Source: a bacterium (lineage in GTDB: Bacteria > Patescibacteriota > JABMPQ01 > JAUVWW01). From it: a DNA stretch of 64,000 nt. Below are positions 47,461 to 57,747 of the stretch, piece after piece. Both the position numbers and the translations under genes were made by a program. The notes beneath the pieces were generated by a model. That model did no database searches, was not told the DNA's origin, and saw only the letters and a list, made by a program, of their open reading frames with translations. Numbering within the stretch: position 1 is the first letter of the stretch; each line of letters starts with the position of its first letter. The stretch spans positions 70,716 through 134,715 of the forward strand of contig JAUVWW010000001.1 of assembly GCA_030603885.1 (NCBI GenBank), written 5' to 3'.

Positions 47461-49983
47461 ATGCCTATAGAGCCTACAATTGAAGCAATCGATTGGTACA
47501 TGGTTGGCTTTGTGGCCTTATTTGTGGCAATTTGTTTGGTTTTTGTACTGGCGGTCTTAGCTTTTGTTTTTAGATTTTTGAGATCCCGAAACATGGTTCC
47601 CAAATCCTTGAATATGGTTACTCTTTTGGTGATGGTTCCAAGAGAGCTAAGGGAGAAAGAGGCAGAGCCCAAAAAAGAAGAAAAAGATATCATTTCTGTA
47701 GCTGAGACTATGTTTGCCAATTTATCTGCTATCAAAGTTCGAGCCAATTGGATGAAGAATCTTCTTTTGGGAAGAGATTATCTTAGCTTTGAGTTGGTAG
47801 CCGTAAAAGAAGAAATTTGTTTTTATGTAGTTACCCCAAGGTATCTACAATCGTTTATAGAAAAGCAGATCCATTCTCAATATCCAAAAGCCTTAGTTCA
47901 AGAAGCAGGAGAATATAATATCTTTCAGCCAAAAGGCTTTGTTAAAGGAACCACATTAAAATTCGCCAAAAGATATTATCTTCCTATAAAAACTTATAAA
48001 ACTTTAGAGACAGATCCTCTAAATGCTTTAGCTGAAGCTTTGTCTAAGCTTTCTGAAAAAGAAGGAGCTTGCATCCAGATACTTATTAGACCTGCTCCAA
48101 AAGGTTGGGCAGCTAGAGGGAAAAAGATTGCCAGAGTCATGAAACAGGGAAAGAGTTTTGAGGAAGCTACTGGAAAAAATATTTTTTCTGAGATGTGGGC
48201 AGCTTTAACCAAGGAAGTTAAAAGAGCAGCTACTCCTGAAGAAGTAATAAAAATGAGACGTGCTTATGGATATGAGGAAGAGAAACCAAAAGTACTTACT
48301 CCCATGCAGGAAGAGATGGTCAAGGCTTTGGAGGAAAAAGCAGGCAAACTAGGATTTGAAACTAACATAAGAATAGTTGCCTCCTCAGATACAGAAGAAA
48401 AAGCTAAGATGCATCTGGATAACATAGTAGGAGCCTTTACTCAGTTTAGCCATCCTTATTTCAACAGTTTTAAATCAATTGGTGTTCCCAAAAAGAAATT
48501 AATTCGGGATTTTATCTTCCGTTATTTTGAAGAAGGTAAAAAATTTATTTGCAATACAGAAGAGCTAACTTCAATTTATCATTTTCCAACTAAATATCTA
48601 GAAGTTCCTCATGTAAAATGGCTTTTAGCTAAGCAAGCTCCACCTCCTTCTGATGCACCTAAAGAAGGCCTGCTTTTAGGAAAAAATATCTATCGAGGAG
48701 TAGAAACACCTGTCTATATCAAAGACGATGATAGACGTCGGCATATATACATGATTGGAATGACCGGGACTGGTAAATCTACCTTATTGCTAAACATGGC
48801 TGTTCAAGATATTAAAAATGGAAAAGGACTATGTGTTATTGATCCTCACGGAGATTTAATTGAAGCTATACTTGAGCATATTCCTAAAGAAAGAGCTGAC
48901 GATGTCATTCTCTTTGATCCTTCTGACTTGGAACGGCCTTTAGGCTTAAATATGCTTGAATGGAAAAGACCAGAGGAGAAAGATTCTGCTGTGGCAGAGA
49001 TGATTGCTATTTTTTACAAACTTTTTCCTCCGGAAATCATTGGTCCTATGTTTGAGCACAATATGCGTAATGCTATGTTGACTTTGATGGAGGATAAAGA
49101 ACATCCGGGAACCATTGCTGAAATCCCTAGGATGTTTACAGATACAGATTTTCAAAATTATAAACTAAAGAAAGTAAAAGATCCTGTGGTTAGAGCTTTT
49201 TGGGAAAAAGAGATGGCCAAGACTTCAGATTTTCATAAATCAGAGATGCTGGGATATTTAATTTCCAAAGTTGGTAGATTTGTGGAAAATGAAATGATGA
49301 GAAATATTATTGGCCAGGCAAAATCGGCTTTTGATGTAAGAGAAGTTATGGACGAAGGGAAAATTTTACTAGTTAATCTTTGTAAGGGTAAAGTGGGAGA
49401 AATAAATAGTCATCTTTTGGGTTTAATTTTAGTTTCTAAAATTATGATGGCAGCACTTTCTCGAGTGGATACTCCAGAAAAGCAAAGAAGAGACTTCTAT
49501 CTTTATGTGGATGAGTTTCAAAACTTTGTCTCAGACACCTTTGTTTCTATTATTGCCGAGGCTCGAAAATATAGACTAAATCTTATTATTAGCCATCAAT
49601 TTATTGGTCAGCTAGATGAGAAAATGAGAGATGCAGTTTTAGGTAATGCCGGAACCTTTACGTGTTATAGAATAGGGGTTGAGGATGCAGAAATAGCAGC
49701 CAAGGAATTTGATCCTATCTTTGACCAAACAGATGTTATTAATATTGAAAGATTCAATCTATATTTACGCTTGATGATAAACAACACTGCCTCAAAGCCA
49801 TTTTCTATGGCTGCTTTTCCTCCTCCTCCAGGTGGATCAGAAGAAGTAGCCAAAGCTGTAAAAGAGCTCTCTAGACTAAAACATGGAAAAGAGAAAAAAG
49901 TAATAGAAACCGAAATTTTAGAGCGAGCTAAACTTGGAGCTCCAATTAGAGAAGCAGCCATGGGAAGAGAAGTGAGTCTGTAA
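47461..49983 (+). CDS. membrane-anchored P-loop ATPase of the type IV coupling protein (VirD4/TraG/TraD) / VirB4-like family
   Basis: N-terminal TM helices. Walker A (MIGMTGTGKSTLL) followed by CVIDPHGD. Walker B (LYVDEFQNF). Downstream RK and sensor residues. Confidence 0.65.
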   Translation: MPIEPTIEAIDWYMVGFVALFVAICLVFVLAVLAFVFRFLRSRNMVPKSLNMVTLLVMVPRELREKEAEPKKEEKDIISVAETMFANLSAIKVRANWMKNLLLGRDYLSFELVAVKEEICFYVVTPRYLQSFIEKQIHSQYPKALVQEAGEYNIFQPKGFVKGTTLKFAKRYYLPIKTYKTLETDPLNALAEALSKLSEKEGACIQILIRPAPKGWAARGKKIARVMKQGKSFEEATGKNIFSEMWAALTKEVKRAATPEEVIKMRRAYGYEEEKPKVLTPMQEEMVKALEEKAGKLGFETNIRIVASSDTEEKAKMHLDNIVGAFTQFSHPYFNSFKSIGVPKKKLIRDFIFRYFEEGKKFICNTEELTSIYHFPTKYLEVPHVKWLLAKQAPPPSDAPKEGLLLGKNIYRGVETPVYIKDDDRRRHIYMIGMTGTGKSTLLLNMAVQDIKNGKGLCVIDPHGDLIEAILEHIPKERADDVILFDPSDLERPLGLNMLEWKRPEEKDSAVAEMIAIFYKLFPPEIIGPMFEHNMRNAMLTLMEDKEHPGTIAEIPRMFTDTDFQNYKLKKVKDPVVRAFWEKEMAKTSDFHKSEMLGYLISKVGRFVENEMMRNIIGQAKSAFDVREVMDEGKILLVNLCKGKVGEINSHLLGLILVSKIMMAALSRVDTPEKQRRDFYLYVDEFQNFVSDTFVSIIAEARKYRLNLIISHQFIGQLDEKMRDAVLGNAGTFTCYRIGVEDAEIAAKEFDPIFDQTDVINIERFNLYLRLMINNTASKPFSMAAFPPPPGGSEEVAKAVKELSRLKHGKEKKVIETEILERAKLGAPIREAAMGREVSL

Positions 49984-50032
49984 CAACTTAGAATTTAGCC
50001 AGTCCTAGGAAGAACAAAAAATAATCTAACAA

Positions 50033-50067
50033 CAGGTAAGGCTAAAAACCTTACCTGATTTATTTTA
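50033..50067 (+). terminator. Rho-independent terminator after the T4CP-like gene
   Basis: Perfect 9-bp stem caggtaagg / ccttacctg with loop ctaaaaa, followed by ATTTATTTT. Confidence 0.7.
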
Positions 50068-50186
50068 GTTTAATTAAGAAATTTAGATTAATTTATAGAT
50101 TGTTTGACATGATTTTTAAACTACTTTATACTAAAATAAGTTATTAACAACCTTCTAAATATAAAAACTCAAAAATAAAATAATAT

Positions 50187-50235
50187 AAGAACCTCACCTT
50201 CGGTGAGAACCTTGATTCTTGCTTCGCTCGAATTA
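50187..50235 (+). repeat. intergenic UUC-loop hairpin repeat element (aagaac-ctcacc-ttc-ggtgag-aaccttgattcttgcttcgctcgaa)
   Basis: See the elements at 32530 and 11585. It shares flanks with 32530 and the gcttcgctcg 10-mer with 11585. Confidence 0.55.
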
Positions 50236-50251
50236 AAAATATAAAAATAAA

Positions 50252-50866
50252 ATGCCAAAAAGAAAAATTAAGAAACAAAAAAACAAAGAAACACAAAAAC
50301 TAACTTCAATCCAGGAAATGATTACCTCTGCTGAAGCCAATCTTAAATCAGCCAAAGAGTTGCTTTTGGAAATTTTAGGAAAAGAGGCTAAGAGAGTGGG
50401 GCTTAAAAAAGAAGCTAAAAAACTTAAAGTTTTAGAAGAGGGGAAGATAATTGAAGGGATATTTGATGGCCGAAATATGATTGGGCCTGATGATCGGATT
50501 TACCCAATTCCGGCTAATTATGCCTCTAAATCCAAATTAGTCGAAGGAGATGTACTCAAGCTAACCATTGCTCCTGATGGCTCTTTTATTTTCAAACAGA
50601 TTGGACCGTGTGATAGAAAAAAGTTAATAGGAAAGGTAGTCAAAGAAAGCGAAGGAAATTATAAGGTATTGGCAAGCGGCAAATCTTATAAAGTGCTTTT
50701 AGCTTCTGTTACTTATTTCAAAGCTGAAGAAGGGGATGAAGTGACTATTGTAGTACCTAAAGAGAAAGAATCCACCTGGGCAGCCATTGAGAATTTAATA
50801 AAGAAGACAAAGGAGTCTGTTCTAAGCTCTGCTGAAGCTGAAGAAGAGCTAGAGGAGATAGGATAG
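50252..50866 (+). CDS. hypothetical protein
   Basis: Lys-rich N-terminus and an acidic C-terminus; no motif. Confidence 0.4.
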   Translation: MPKRKIKKQKNKETQKLTSIQEMITSAEANLKSAKELLLEILGKEAKRVGLKKEAKKLKVLEEGKIIEGIFDGRNMIGPDDRIYPIPANYASKSKLVEGDVLKLTIAPDGSFIFKQIGPCDRKKLIGKVVKESEGNYKVLASGKSYKVLLASVTYFKAEEGDEVTIVVPKEKESTWAAIENLIKKTKESVLSSAEAEEELEEIG

Positions 50867-50977
50867 ATATCGAGTATTAAAAACACATATCAAACATCAA
50901 AAATTTTGTGTATTTGGTTTGTGTTTTTTTATTTTTTCATGTTATAATTCATCTAGAAGTGTTCTTAAGTAAGACTT

Positions 50978-51430
50978 GTGAAACTTATCAAAAAAATCTT
51001 CCAAAGATTTCCGACTCTCCTACAGTTTATAAAATTTGCTATTATAGGTGTCTTGAATACGGCTATTGATTTTGGTATCCTCAACCTCTTGATGTGGGGT
51101 TTTGGAATGTATAAAGGAAGCTGGATATTGCTATTTAACACCATTTCTTTTTCAATTGCTGCTACCAATAGCTATTTTATTAATAAATATTGGACATTTG
51201 GTGAGCTCTCAAAAATAAGAGCAGGTCAGTTTGCTAAGTTTTTCATTATTAGTTTTGGAGGAGCGGTGATAAATTCTGGCATCGTCTTTAGCATCACCAC
51301 TTTCATTCCTCCCGTCTTTGGTTTATCCGAAGAACTTTGGGCCAATTTTGCCAAGGTAATAGCTACTGCCATTGCTTGGATTTGGAACTTCACCATGTAT
51401 AAATTTGTGGTATTCAAAAAAGCCTCATAA
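50978..51430 (+). CDS. GtrA-family membrane protein
   Basis: Four-TM small protein with the GtrA-like FAIIGVLNTAIDFGILNLL motif. Confidence 0.65.
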   Translation: MKLIKKIFQRFPTLLQFIKFAIIGVLNTAIDFGILNLLMWGFGMYKGSWILLFNTISFSIAATNSYFINKYWTFGELSKIRAGQFAKFFIISFGGAVINSGIVFSITTFIPPVFGLSEELWANFAKVIATAIAWIWNFTMYKFVVFKKAS

Positions 51431-51447
51431 AACTTAGTTAGTTTGAT

Positions 51448-52977
51448 ATGTACATCGCTTTATATCGAAAATATAGACCTAAAACCTTCTCTGAAGTAGT
51501 CAATCAAGAGCATGTAAAAAGAACTCTTATGAATGCCTTGAAACTAGATAAGGTCTCTCATGCTTATCTTTTTTGCGGACAGAGAGGAGTGGGGAAGACC
51601 ACCATAGCTAGAATTTTAGCCAAAGCAGTAAACTGTACCTCAAGGAAAGGAGCCGAGCCTTGTAATAAATGCGAGGCTTGTCAAGAAGTTATGCAGGGAA
51701 GATCTTTAGATCTAATTGAAATTGATGCTGCCTCAACTAGAGGGATAGATGAAATTAGAGAACTTAGAGAAAAGATAAAGTTTTCTCCCACAAGACTAAA
51801 ATACAAAGTATTTATTATCGATGAAGTACACATGTTAACCATAGAAGCCTTTAATGCTCTCCTAAAGACTTTAGAAGAGCCTCCGGCCCATGCCATTTTT
51901 GCTCTATGTACTACAGCGCCTCATAAAATTCCAGCCACTATATTATCTAGATGCCAAAGATTTGATTTTAAAAAAATAGGTCAAAAAGAGATTGTCGAAC
52001 ATCTAAGTAGTATTGCTAAGAAAGAAAAAATAAAAATAGATAAAGAAGCTTTAGAACTGATAGCTGCTAATTCTTCAGGCTCAGATAGAGATGCCCTTAG
52101 TCTTCTTGCTCAAGTTATAGCCTATGAAGATAAACATATCACTTTAGAGGAAGTTAAGTCTATTTTAGGCATTCCAGACCTTAGGGCAGCCCAAGACCTT
52201 GTAGAATTTTTAGCTCAAGGAAAGGCTGCAGAAGCTGTAAAACTAGTAAATGACGTCAATCAAAGTGGATATGATCTTGTACAATTCACAAAAAATATAA
52301 TAGCCTATCTTCGTCAAATTTTATTACTCAAGGTATCAAAACACCTAGTTTCTACTTTAGACCAAGAACAGCTCAAAAAAGCAATGGCCCAGGCTAAGCT
52401 TTTAACACACGAGCAAATATTAAACTGGATAGAGTTGTTTAATAATGCCAGAAGAAACATAGCTTCAAGTGTTTTGCCTCAACTTCCTTTAGAACTTGCT
52501 TGTGTGGAAGCAACTCAGCAAATAGCAAATAGCCAACAGCCAACAGCTAGAAATCCAAAGTCAGGACTGAAAGAAGCCGAATCAAAGAATAATACTAAGC
52601 ATGTTCCAGTAGTCTCTAACTCACAAACTAAATCAGCTCTGACCATTCAACAAATTCAGCAAAAATGGCCGGACTTTTTGACTAAAGTAAGATCTCAGAG
52701 TCACGGACTTAGTATTTTTCTAAGATCGGCAGAGCCTGTGGGGATGAAAGGGAACCAGCTGATCCTAGTTTGTGAACATGATTTTCAAAAAGAAAGAATT
52801 CGGGACCATAAAAATTTAGAATTATTGGAAAGACTTCTTGAACAAATTTATGGTTCAAAGTTAACTTTGAAATGCATATCCAAAGAGGATCTGCCAAGCC
52901 AAGAACAAAATAAAAAACAAAATTCCAAACTTCTTAATACTGCTTTGAAGGTTTTTGGTGGAGAAGTAGTAGAATAA
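51448..52977 (+). CDS. dnaX: DNA polymerase III subunit gamma/tau
   Basis: YRPKTFSEVVNQEHV start, P-loop GQRGVGKTT, a C4 zinc module (CTSRKGAEPCNKCEAC), DEVHML and SRC motifs. Confidence 0.9.
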   Translation: MYIALYRKYRPKTFSEVVNQEHVKRTLMNALKLDKVSHAYLFCGQRGVGKTTIARILAKAVNCTSRKGAEPCNKCEACQEVMQGRSLDLIEIDAASTRGIDEIRELREKIKFSPTRLKYKVFIIDEVHMLTIEAFNALLKTLEEPPAHAIFALCTTAPHKIPATILSRCQRFDFKKIGQKEIVEHLSSIAKKEKIKIDKEALELIAANSSGSDRDALSLLAQVIAYEDKHITLEEVKSILGIPDLRAAQDLVEFLAQGKAAEAVKLVNDVNQSGYDLVQFTKNIIAYLRQILLLKVSKHLVSTLDQEQLKKAMAQAKLLTHEQILNWIELFNNARRNIASSVLPQLPLELACVEATQQIANSQQPTARNPKSGLKEAESKNNTKHVPVVSNSQTKSALTIQQIQQKWPDFLTKVRSQSHGLSIFLRSAEPVGMKGNQLILVCEHDFQKERIRDHKNLELLERLLEQIYGSKLTLKCISKEDLPSQEQNKKQNSKLLNTALKVFGGEVVE

Positions 52978-52992
52978 AATTAACAATTAAGA

Positions 52993-54018
52993 ATGATTGA
53001 GATAGATGGCTCATACAAAGAGGGTGGGGGACAGATTTTGAGGACAGCTACCTTGCTTTCTTGTGTGACAGGAAAAGCCTGCCATATTTTTAATATTAGA
53101 AAAGCAAGACCTAAGCCAGGACTGGCTATTCAGCATTTACTAGGACTAGAAGCTTTAGCTAGACTATGCAATGCTAAATTAAAGGGAGCTCATCTTAGAA
53201 GCCAAGAGATTTGGTTTGAACCAACGAAGATTCAGGCTAAGCCTCTGGTAGTAGAAATTCCTACCGCAGGTAGTATAACTTTAGTCTTACAGACTTTAAT
53301 AATCCCAGCTTCTCAAGCAGAAAAACCGATTAAAATACATTTTAAGGGAGGAGCCACAGATACTCATTTTGCTCCAACAATAAACTATCTTCAATATGTC
53401 TTGCTGCCCATAATCTCTAAGATAGGCTATAAAATAAAGATAGACATAAAAAGAAGGGGATATTATCCAAAAGGAGGAGCAGAAGTCGAGGTTTTAGTCT
53501 ATCCAGTTAAAGAAATTAGGCCTCTTAAGCTAACTAATGCAGGCAAGCTTCGTAATATTTCTATTTTGTCATGCGCTTCTAAATATCTAGAAAAGGCAAA
53601 AGTAGCCGAAAGACAGGCTGAGGCTGCTGAAAAATTACTAATATCTAGTATTCAATATCCAATCTCTAAAAAGATTAAATATCTTGATACACTTTGTCCT
53701 GGTTCAAGCATTGATATCTTAGCTGAATTTGAAAATACTGTCCTAGGTGCTAATGCTTTAGGTAAAATAGGAAAGCGAGCTGAAGTAGTAGGAAAGGAAG
53801 CAGCTAAAATTTTACTTAAAGATCTATCTACAAAAACTTGTTTAGATAGACACATGACTGATCAGATACTTTCTTATATAGCCTTATCTAAAGGCACAAG
53901 CCAACTCTCAGTTGCCCAGGTAACCAATCATTGTCTAACCACCATGTGGGTGATTGAGAAGTTTATAGATGGAAAGTTTGAAATAAAAGAAAATATTATA
54001 AAATGGATTCCTTTTTAA
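52993..54018 (+). CDS. rtcA: RNA 3'-terminal phosphate cyclase
   Basis: MIEIDGSYKEGGGQILRTATLLS and downstream RtcA motifs. Confidence 0.85.
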   Translation: MIEIDGSYKEGGGQILRTATLLSCVTGKACHIFNIRKARPKPGLAIQHLLGLEALARLCNAKLKGAHLRSQEIWFEPTKIQAKPLVVEIPTAGSITLVLQTLIIPASQAEKPIKIHFKGGATDTHFAPTINYLQYVLLPIISKIGYKIKIDIKRRGYYPKGGAEVEVLVYPVKEIRPLKLTNAGKLRNISILSCASKYLEKAKVAERQAEAAEKLLISSIQYPISKKIKYLDTLCPGSSIDILAEFENTVLGANALGKIGKRAEVVGKEAAKILLKDLSTKTCLDRHMTDQILSYIALSKGTSQLSVAQVTNHCLTTMWVIEKFIDGKFEIKENIIKWIPF

Positions 54019-54019
54019 C

Positions 54020-55219
54020 ATGAACCAAATTTTTCTTGGAGCAATAAGTTTAATCATTGGCTATGGTTTAGGATCTATATCGATTTCTTATTTTTTAGGG
54101 AGATGGCTTAGAGGAATTGATATTAGAGAACATGGAACCAAGAAGACCGGAACAACTAATACTTACCTTGTTTTGGGTTTATGGCCAGCTGTTGCCACTG
54201 GTATATATGATTTATCAAAAGGTCTGGTTGCCATGGCTATAGCTCACTATCTTTTAGGGGCTCCTGAAATTTTTGTCTATTCTGCCGGTGTTCTTGCTAT
54301 TGTAGGACATATTTTTCCATTCTATTTGAAATTTAAAGGAGGACAAGGGGTGGCCACAGCTTTAGGTCTTCTTTTTTATTTTCTTTTTATTTTTGTTACA
54401 AAGCAGTGGTTTACTTGGCTTGGTCTTTTTATATTAGCTGGTTTATCTTTAATCTTTTTGTTCGTTTCAAGGCGCACTGGCTCTATTATTGGTCTTGCCA
54501 TCATTCCTAGTTTTTTAGTTTTTCTTTATCTTGACGCTCCTTTAAATTTACAAAGTATCTTTTTGGGCATCATTTTACTTTTTATTTTATACATTAATAT
54601 CTTTAATATTAAAAAGGATCATCTGATTCAAATCCCCAAGGAAAAGATTCCCGATGTTTCTAGTTGGCGTACAATCCTTCGACCTTTGGCTGTAATTTTT
54701 CCTCTTCTTTATTTTGTGATTGAAAAAAGAACGCTGTTGGTTCTTGTAGGTGGTGTAGCATTGTTCTTTATTATTGTAGATATTGTAAGGTTGATCTCTA
54801 GAAAAATTAATGTATTGCTTATCAAGGCAATCTTTATTAAACCTAAAGAGCTAAAAGTATTTTCTTCAATGAGCTTTTTTCTTATGGCTAGTTTTATAAC
54901 GATTTTGATTTTTAACAAAGAGATTGCTATTTTAGCTTTGACTTTTCTAATTTTTGGAGATTTATTTTCTAAAATTTTTGGCTCAGCTTTTGGAAAAATT
55001 AAATTCTTTAAAAAGTCTTTGGAAGGAAGTTTAACTTATTTCGCCACTTGTCTAGTCATAGGTTACATCTTTATTCATTTTATTTCCTTACCATTTTGGG
55101 TAATTTTAGTTGGCGGTTTGGCTGCTGCTATTACAGAAGTCTTGCCCATTGGTATAGATGATAATTTTACAGTGGCTCTGATTAGTTCAGCGGTGATGGA
55201 AGTTACAAAGGTGTTTTAA
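54020..55219 (+). CDS. plsY: glycerol-3-phosphate acyltransferase PlsY fused to a CTP-transferase-1 (CdsA/dolichol-kinase-like) membrane domain
   Basis: N-terminal PlsY motifs (GTKKTGTTN, HIFPFYLKFKGGQGVAT). The C-terminal ~200 aa carry a CdsA-family motif (GDLFSKIFGSAFGKIKFFKKSLEGSLTYF). Confidence 0.65.
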   Translation: MNQIFLGAISLIIGYGLGSISISYFLGRWLRGIDIREHGTKKTGTTNTYLVLGLWPAVATGIYDLSKGLVAMAIAHYLLGAPEIFVYSAGVLAIVGHIFPFYLKFKGGQGVATALGLLFYFLFIFVTKQWFTWLGLFILAGLSLIFLFVSRRTGSIIGLAIIPSFLVFLYLDAPLNLQSIFLGIILLFILYINIFNIKKDHLIQIPKEKIPDVSSWRTILRPLAVIFPLLYFVIEKRTLLVLVGGVALFFIIVDIVRLISRKINVLLIKAIFIKPKELKVFSSMSFFLMASFITILIFNKEIAILALTFLIFGDLFSKIFGSAFGKIKFFKKSLEGSLTYFATCLVIGYIFIHFISLPFWVILVGGLAAAITEVLPIGIDDNFTVALISSAVMEVTKVF

Positions 55220-55265
55220 GGATATAATTAAAATAAGAGATATTAATTATTAATCTAATAAATTT

Positions 55266-55574
55266 ATGAAAACAACCCCATCTCTAATCGGTTTTCTTGA
55301 GGCTCTAGGTGTCAGCATTTACTGTGCTTTAATTGCTTGGTTATTTTCTTTTATGGAAAAGTTCTTTGCTGGGCCTGGCTATACAAACATTGCTCTGATG
55401 CTGATTCTGCTTGTCTTCTCAGCAGCAGTCTGTGGCTTTCTTGTTTTTGGTTATCCTGTCTACCTAATTTTAAACAAACAGACAAAGAAAGCTCTATTTA
55501 TTCTTGGCTTTTGTGCTCTTTGGTTTGTAGGCATTATCTTAGTTTCGATTATACTAATATTGGTCTTTAAATAA
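55266..55574 (+). CDS. hypothetical small membrane protein
   Basis: Three hydrophobic helices. Confidence 0.4.
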   Translation: MKTTPSLIGFLEALGVSIYCALIAWLFSFMEKFFAGPGYTNIALMLILLVFSAAVCGFLVFGYPVYLILNKQTKKALFILGFCALWFVGIILVSIILILVFK

Positions 55575-55588
55575 ATATAAGATTTAAA

Positions 55589-56458
55589 ATGTTTAAATCA
55601 GTCATCAAATACCTTGCCATTGTTTTTGGCATCTCTTGGCTTATTGCTTTGGGTATTTATCTTGGTGGAGGACTGGGAAGCATTGCTGTCTTAGGATTGT
55701 ATCCTTACATGCTTGTTCCTGCTTTTGGTGCTTTTATTATGAGAAAGTTTGTGACCAAAGAAGGATTTAGGAACTCTGGTTTGAGATTTGGAAAACCAAG
55801 ATACTATCTCTATGCTTGGTTGATCATTGTAGGAATAATTGGTTTAGCTTATCTCTTAACAGTTCTTTTTGGCCTTTGTGATTGGGATTTAGGTTTAAGC
55901 AAACTGCCAAAGGAAATTTGGCAAAGTCTTCCAGAGGGATTTTCACCACTTTTACTCTTTGGAATAATCTTTTTTGCCAACACCACCATTGGTCCTATTC
56001 TTGGCATTCCCTTTACCTTCGGTGAAGAGTATGGTTGGCGAAGTTATTTGTTGCCTAAACTTTTACCCCTTGGTCGCTATAGGGCTCTAATTCTGCACGG
56101 AGCTATCTGGGGTCTTTGGCATGCACCAATAATTTTGATGGGTCATAATTATCCTGGCTATCCTTTATTAGGTGTATTTTTAATGATTATATTTTGTATT
56201 CTAGCTGGCATAATCCTAGGTTGGCTCTATTTTGCTTCAGGCAGTATCTTTGTCCCAGCTTTTGCTCATGGGGTAATGAATAATACTGCCTCAGCTTTGA
56301 TACTTATTGTCACTTTATTTAATCTTACTTTAGGAGGAATTACCGGAGCAATTGGTTTAGGGATTTTACTTTTAACCGTTTTAGTTCTTTATTGGACAAA
56401 AGCATTAAATAAAATTGATATTAAAAATTTACTAGTCGAAAAAAGGAGAAGTGAATAA
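55589..56458 (+). CDS. CPBP-family (CAAX) intramembrane metalloprotease
   Basis: EExxxR (EEYGWR), FxxxH (HGAIWGLWH) and HxxxN (FAHGVMNN) motifs. Confidence 0.8.
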   Translation: MFKSVIKYLAIVFGISWLIALGIYLGGGLGSIAVLGLYPYMLVPAFGAFIMRKFVTKEGFRNSGLRFGKPRYYLYAWLIIVGIIGLAYLLTVLFGLCDWDLGLSKLPKEIWQSLPEGFSPLLLFGIIFFANTTIGPILGIPFTFGEEYGWRSYLLPKLLPLGRYRALILHGAIWGLWHAPIILMGHNYPGYPLLGVFLMIIFCILAGIILGWLYFASGSIFVPAFAHGVMNNTASALILIVTLFNLTLGGITGAIGLGILLLTVLVLYWTKALNKIDIKNLLVEKRRSE

Positions 56459-56484
56459 TTTCCTTAGTCAAAAATTAAATTACT

Positions 56485-56509
56485 CTGCCACATTTTTGGC
56501 AGTTTTTTA
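56485..56509 (+). terminator. Rho-independent terminator after the CPBP protease gene
   Basis: Stem ctgcca / tggcag with a 6-nt loop, followed by TTTTTTA. Confidence 0.65.
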
Positions 56510-56619
56510 TTTGACAAGAAATTTAAAGCCTTGTGAAAAACAAAAAAGAATGATAAAGTAAAATAAGAAGTAACTTTAAAGAATTAATAAAACAGAAACA
56601 ACTTCATATAAAGGAATCC

Positions 56620-57747
56620 ATGAGTTTTTTAACCCTCATTTTCAAAAATCTATTTAGAAATAAAATCAGAACCTTACTTACCATTTTGGGTATTACCATT
56701 GGCATTATTACTATTTTTACTCTAAGTTCTATTACTGAGGGATTGAAAAAGGGCTATACAGAGTTACTCAAAGCTGGCAAAGCTGATTTTATGATCGGCC
56801 AAGCCGGGATAGCTGATCTTATGTTTTCCACTATTTCAGAAGACAAAGCCGAAGAAATTAGAAATATAGAAGGCGTTGATAATGCAGTGGGTGTTATAAT
56901 GACAGCAGTACCTATAGAAAATATGCCCTTCTTTGTTGTTATGGGTATAGAGAAAGAGGTAGTAGATGAAACTGAGATTTCTGGGATAGAGATTATTGAA
57001 GGACAGTCTTTTGCTAAAGAGGCAGAGAATGAAATACTTTTAGGTAAAATATCAGCCAAGAATCTTGACAAGCACATCGGAGATAAAATAACTTTGGCTG
57101 GGAAAGAGTTTAAAGTCACTGGGATTTCTGAGACGGGCAGTGTCTGGCAGGATGGAGGAGCTTTTCTTTCTTTAAAAACTTTACAGGCGATGCAGAAAAA
57201 AGAAGGAAAAATCACCATGATTATGGTAAAAAAGGATGTAGATGCAGATATTCATGAACTAACCCAAAGAATTGAAGATACTTATCCTGATGAGCTGGTG
57301 ACTATAAAATCAATAGATGAAATTAGTAAAGTGGACAAGGGAATGCAAGCAATAGACGCAACTACTTGGACTATATCTCTTTTAGCTATTGTTATTGGCG
57401 GAATTGGAGTAGCTAATACCATGATTATGTCGGTTTACGAGCGAACCCGGGAAATCGGAGTCCTGAGGGCTGTGGGATGGAAAAGGAGAAGAATCATAAG
57501 TCTGATTTTAGGTGAATCCTTTTTTATTGGTATCCTGGCAGCAGCAGTAGGAGCCCTTTTAGGAACAGGTGTAATTAAATTAATTATGCTGGTACCTCAA
57601 GTCTCGGCTTTTCTTGAACCATCTTATTCAATTAATATCTTTACTAGAGCTTTAGGAGTAGCTTTGCTGGTTGGACTTTTTGGAGGACTATATCCTGCTT
57701 ATAGAGCCTCAAGACTTTCTCCTTTAGAAGCCTTAAGATATGAATAA
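56620..57747 (+). CDS. ABC transporter permease, FtsX/MacB-like
   Basis: N-terminal TM, a large periplasmic domain and a C-terminal 3-TM FtsX-type bundle. Confidence 0.8.
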   Translation: MSFLTLIFKNLFRNKIRTLLTILGITIGIITIFTLSSITEGLKKGYTELLKAGKADFMIGQAGIADLMFSTISEDKAEEIRNIEGVDNAVGVIMTAVPIENMPFFVVMGIEKEVVDETEISGIEIIEGQSFAKEAENEILLGKISAKNLDKHIGDKITLAGKEFKVTGISETGSVWQDGGAFLSLKTLQAMQKKEGKITMIMVKKDVDADIHELTQRIEDTYPDELVTIKSIDEISKVDKGMQAIDATTWTISLLAIVIGGIGVANTMIMSVYERTREIGVLRAVGWKRRRIISLILGESFFIGILAAAVGALLGTGVIKLIMLVPQVSAFLEPSYSINIFTRALGVALLVGLFGGLYPAYRASRLSPLEALRYE

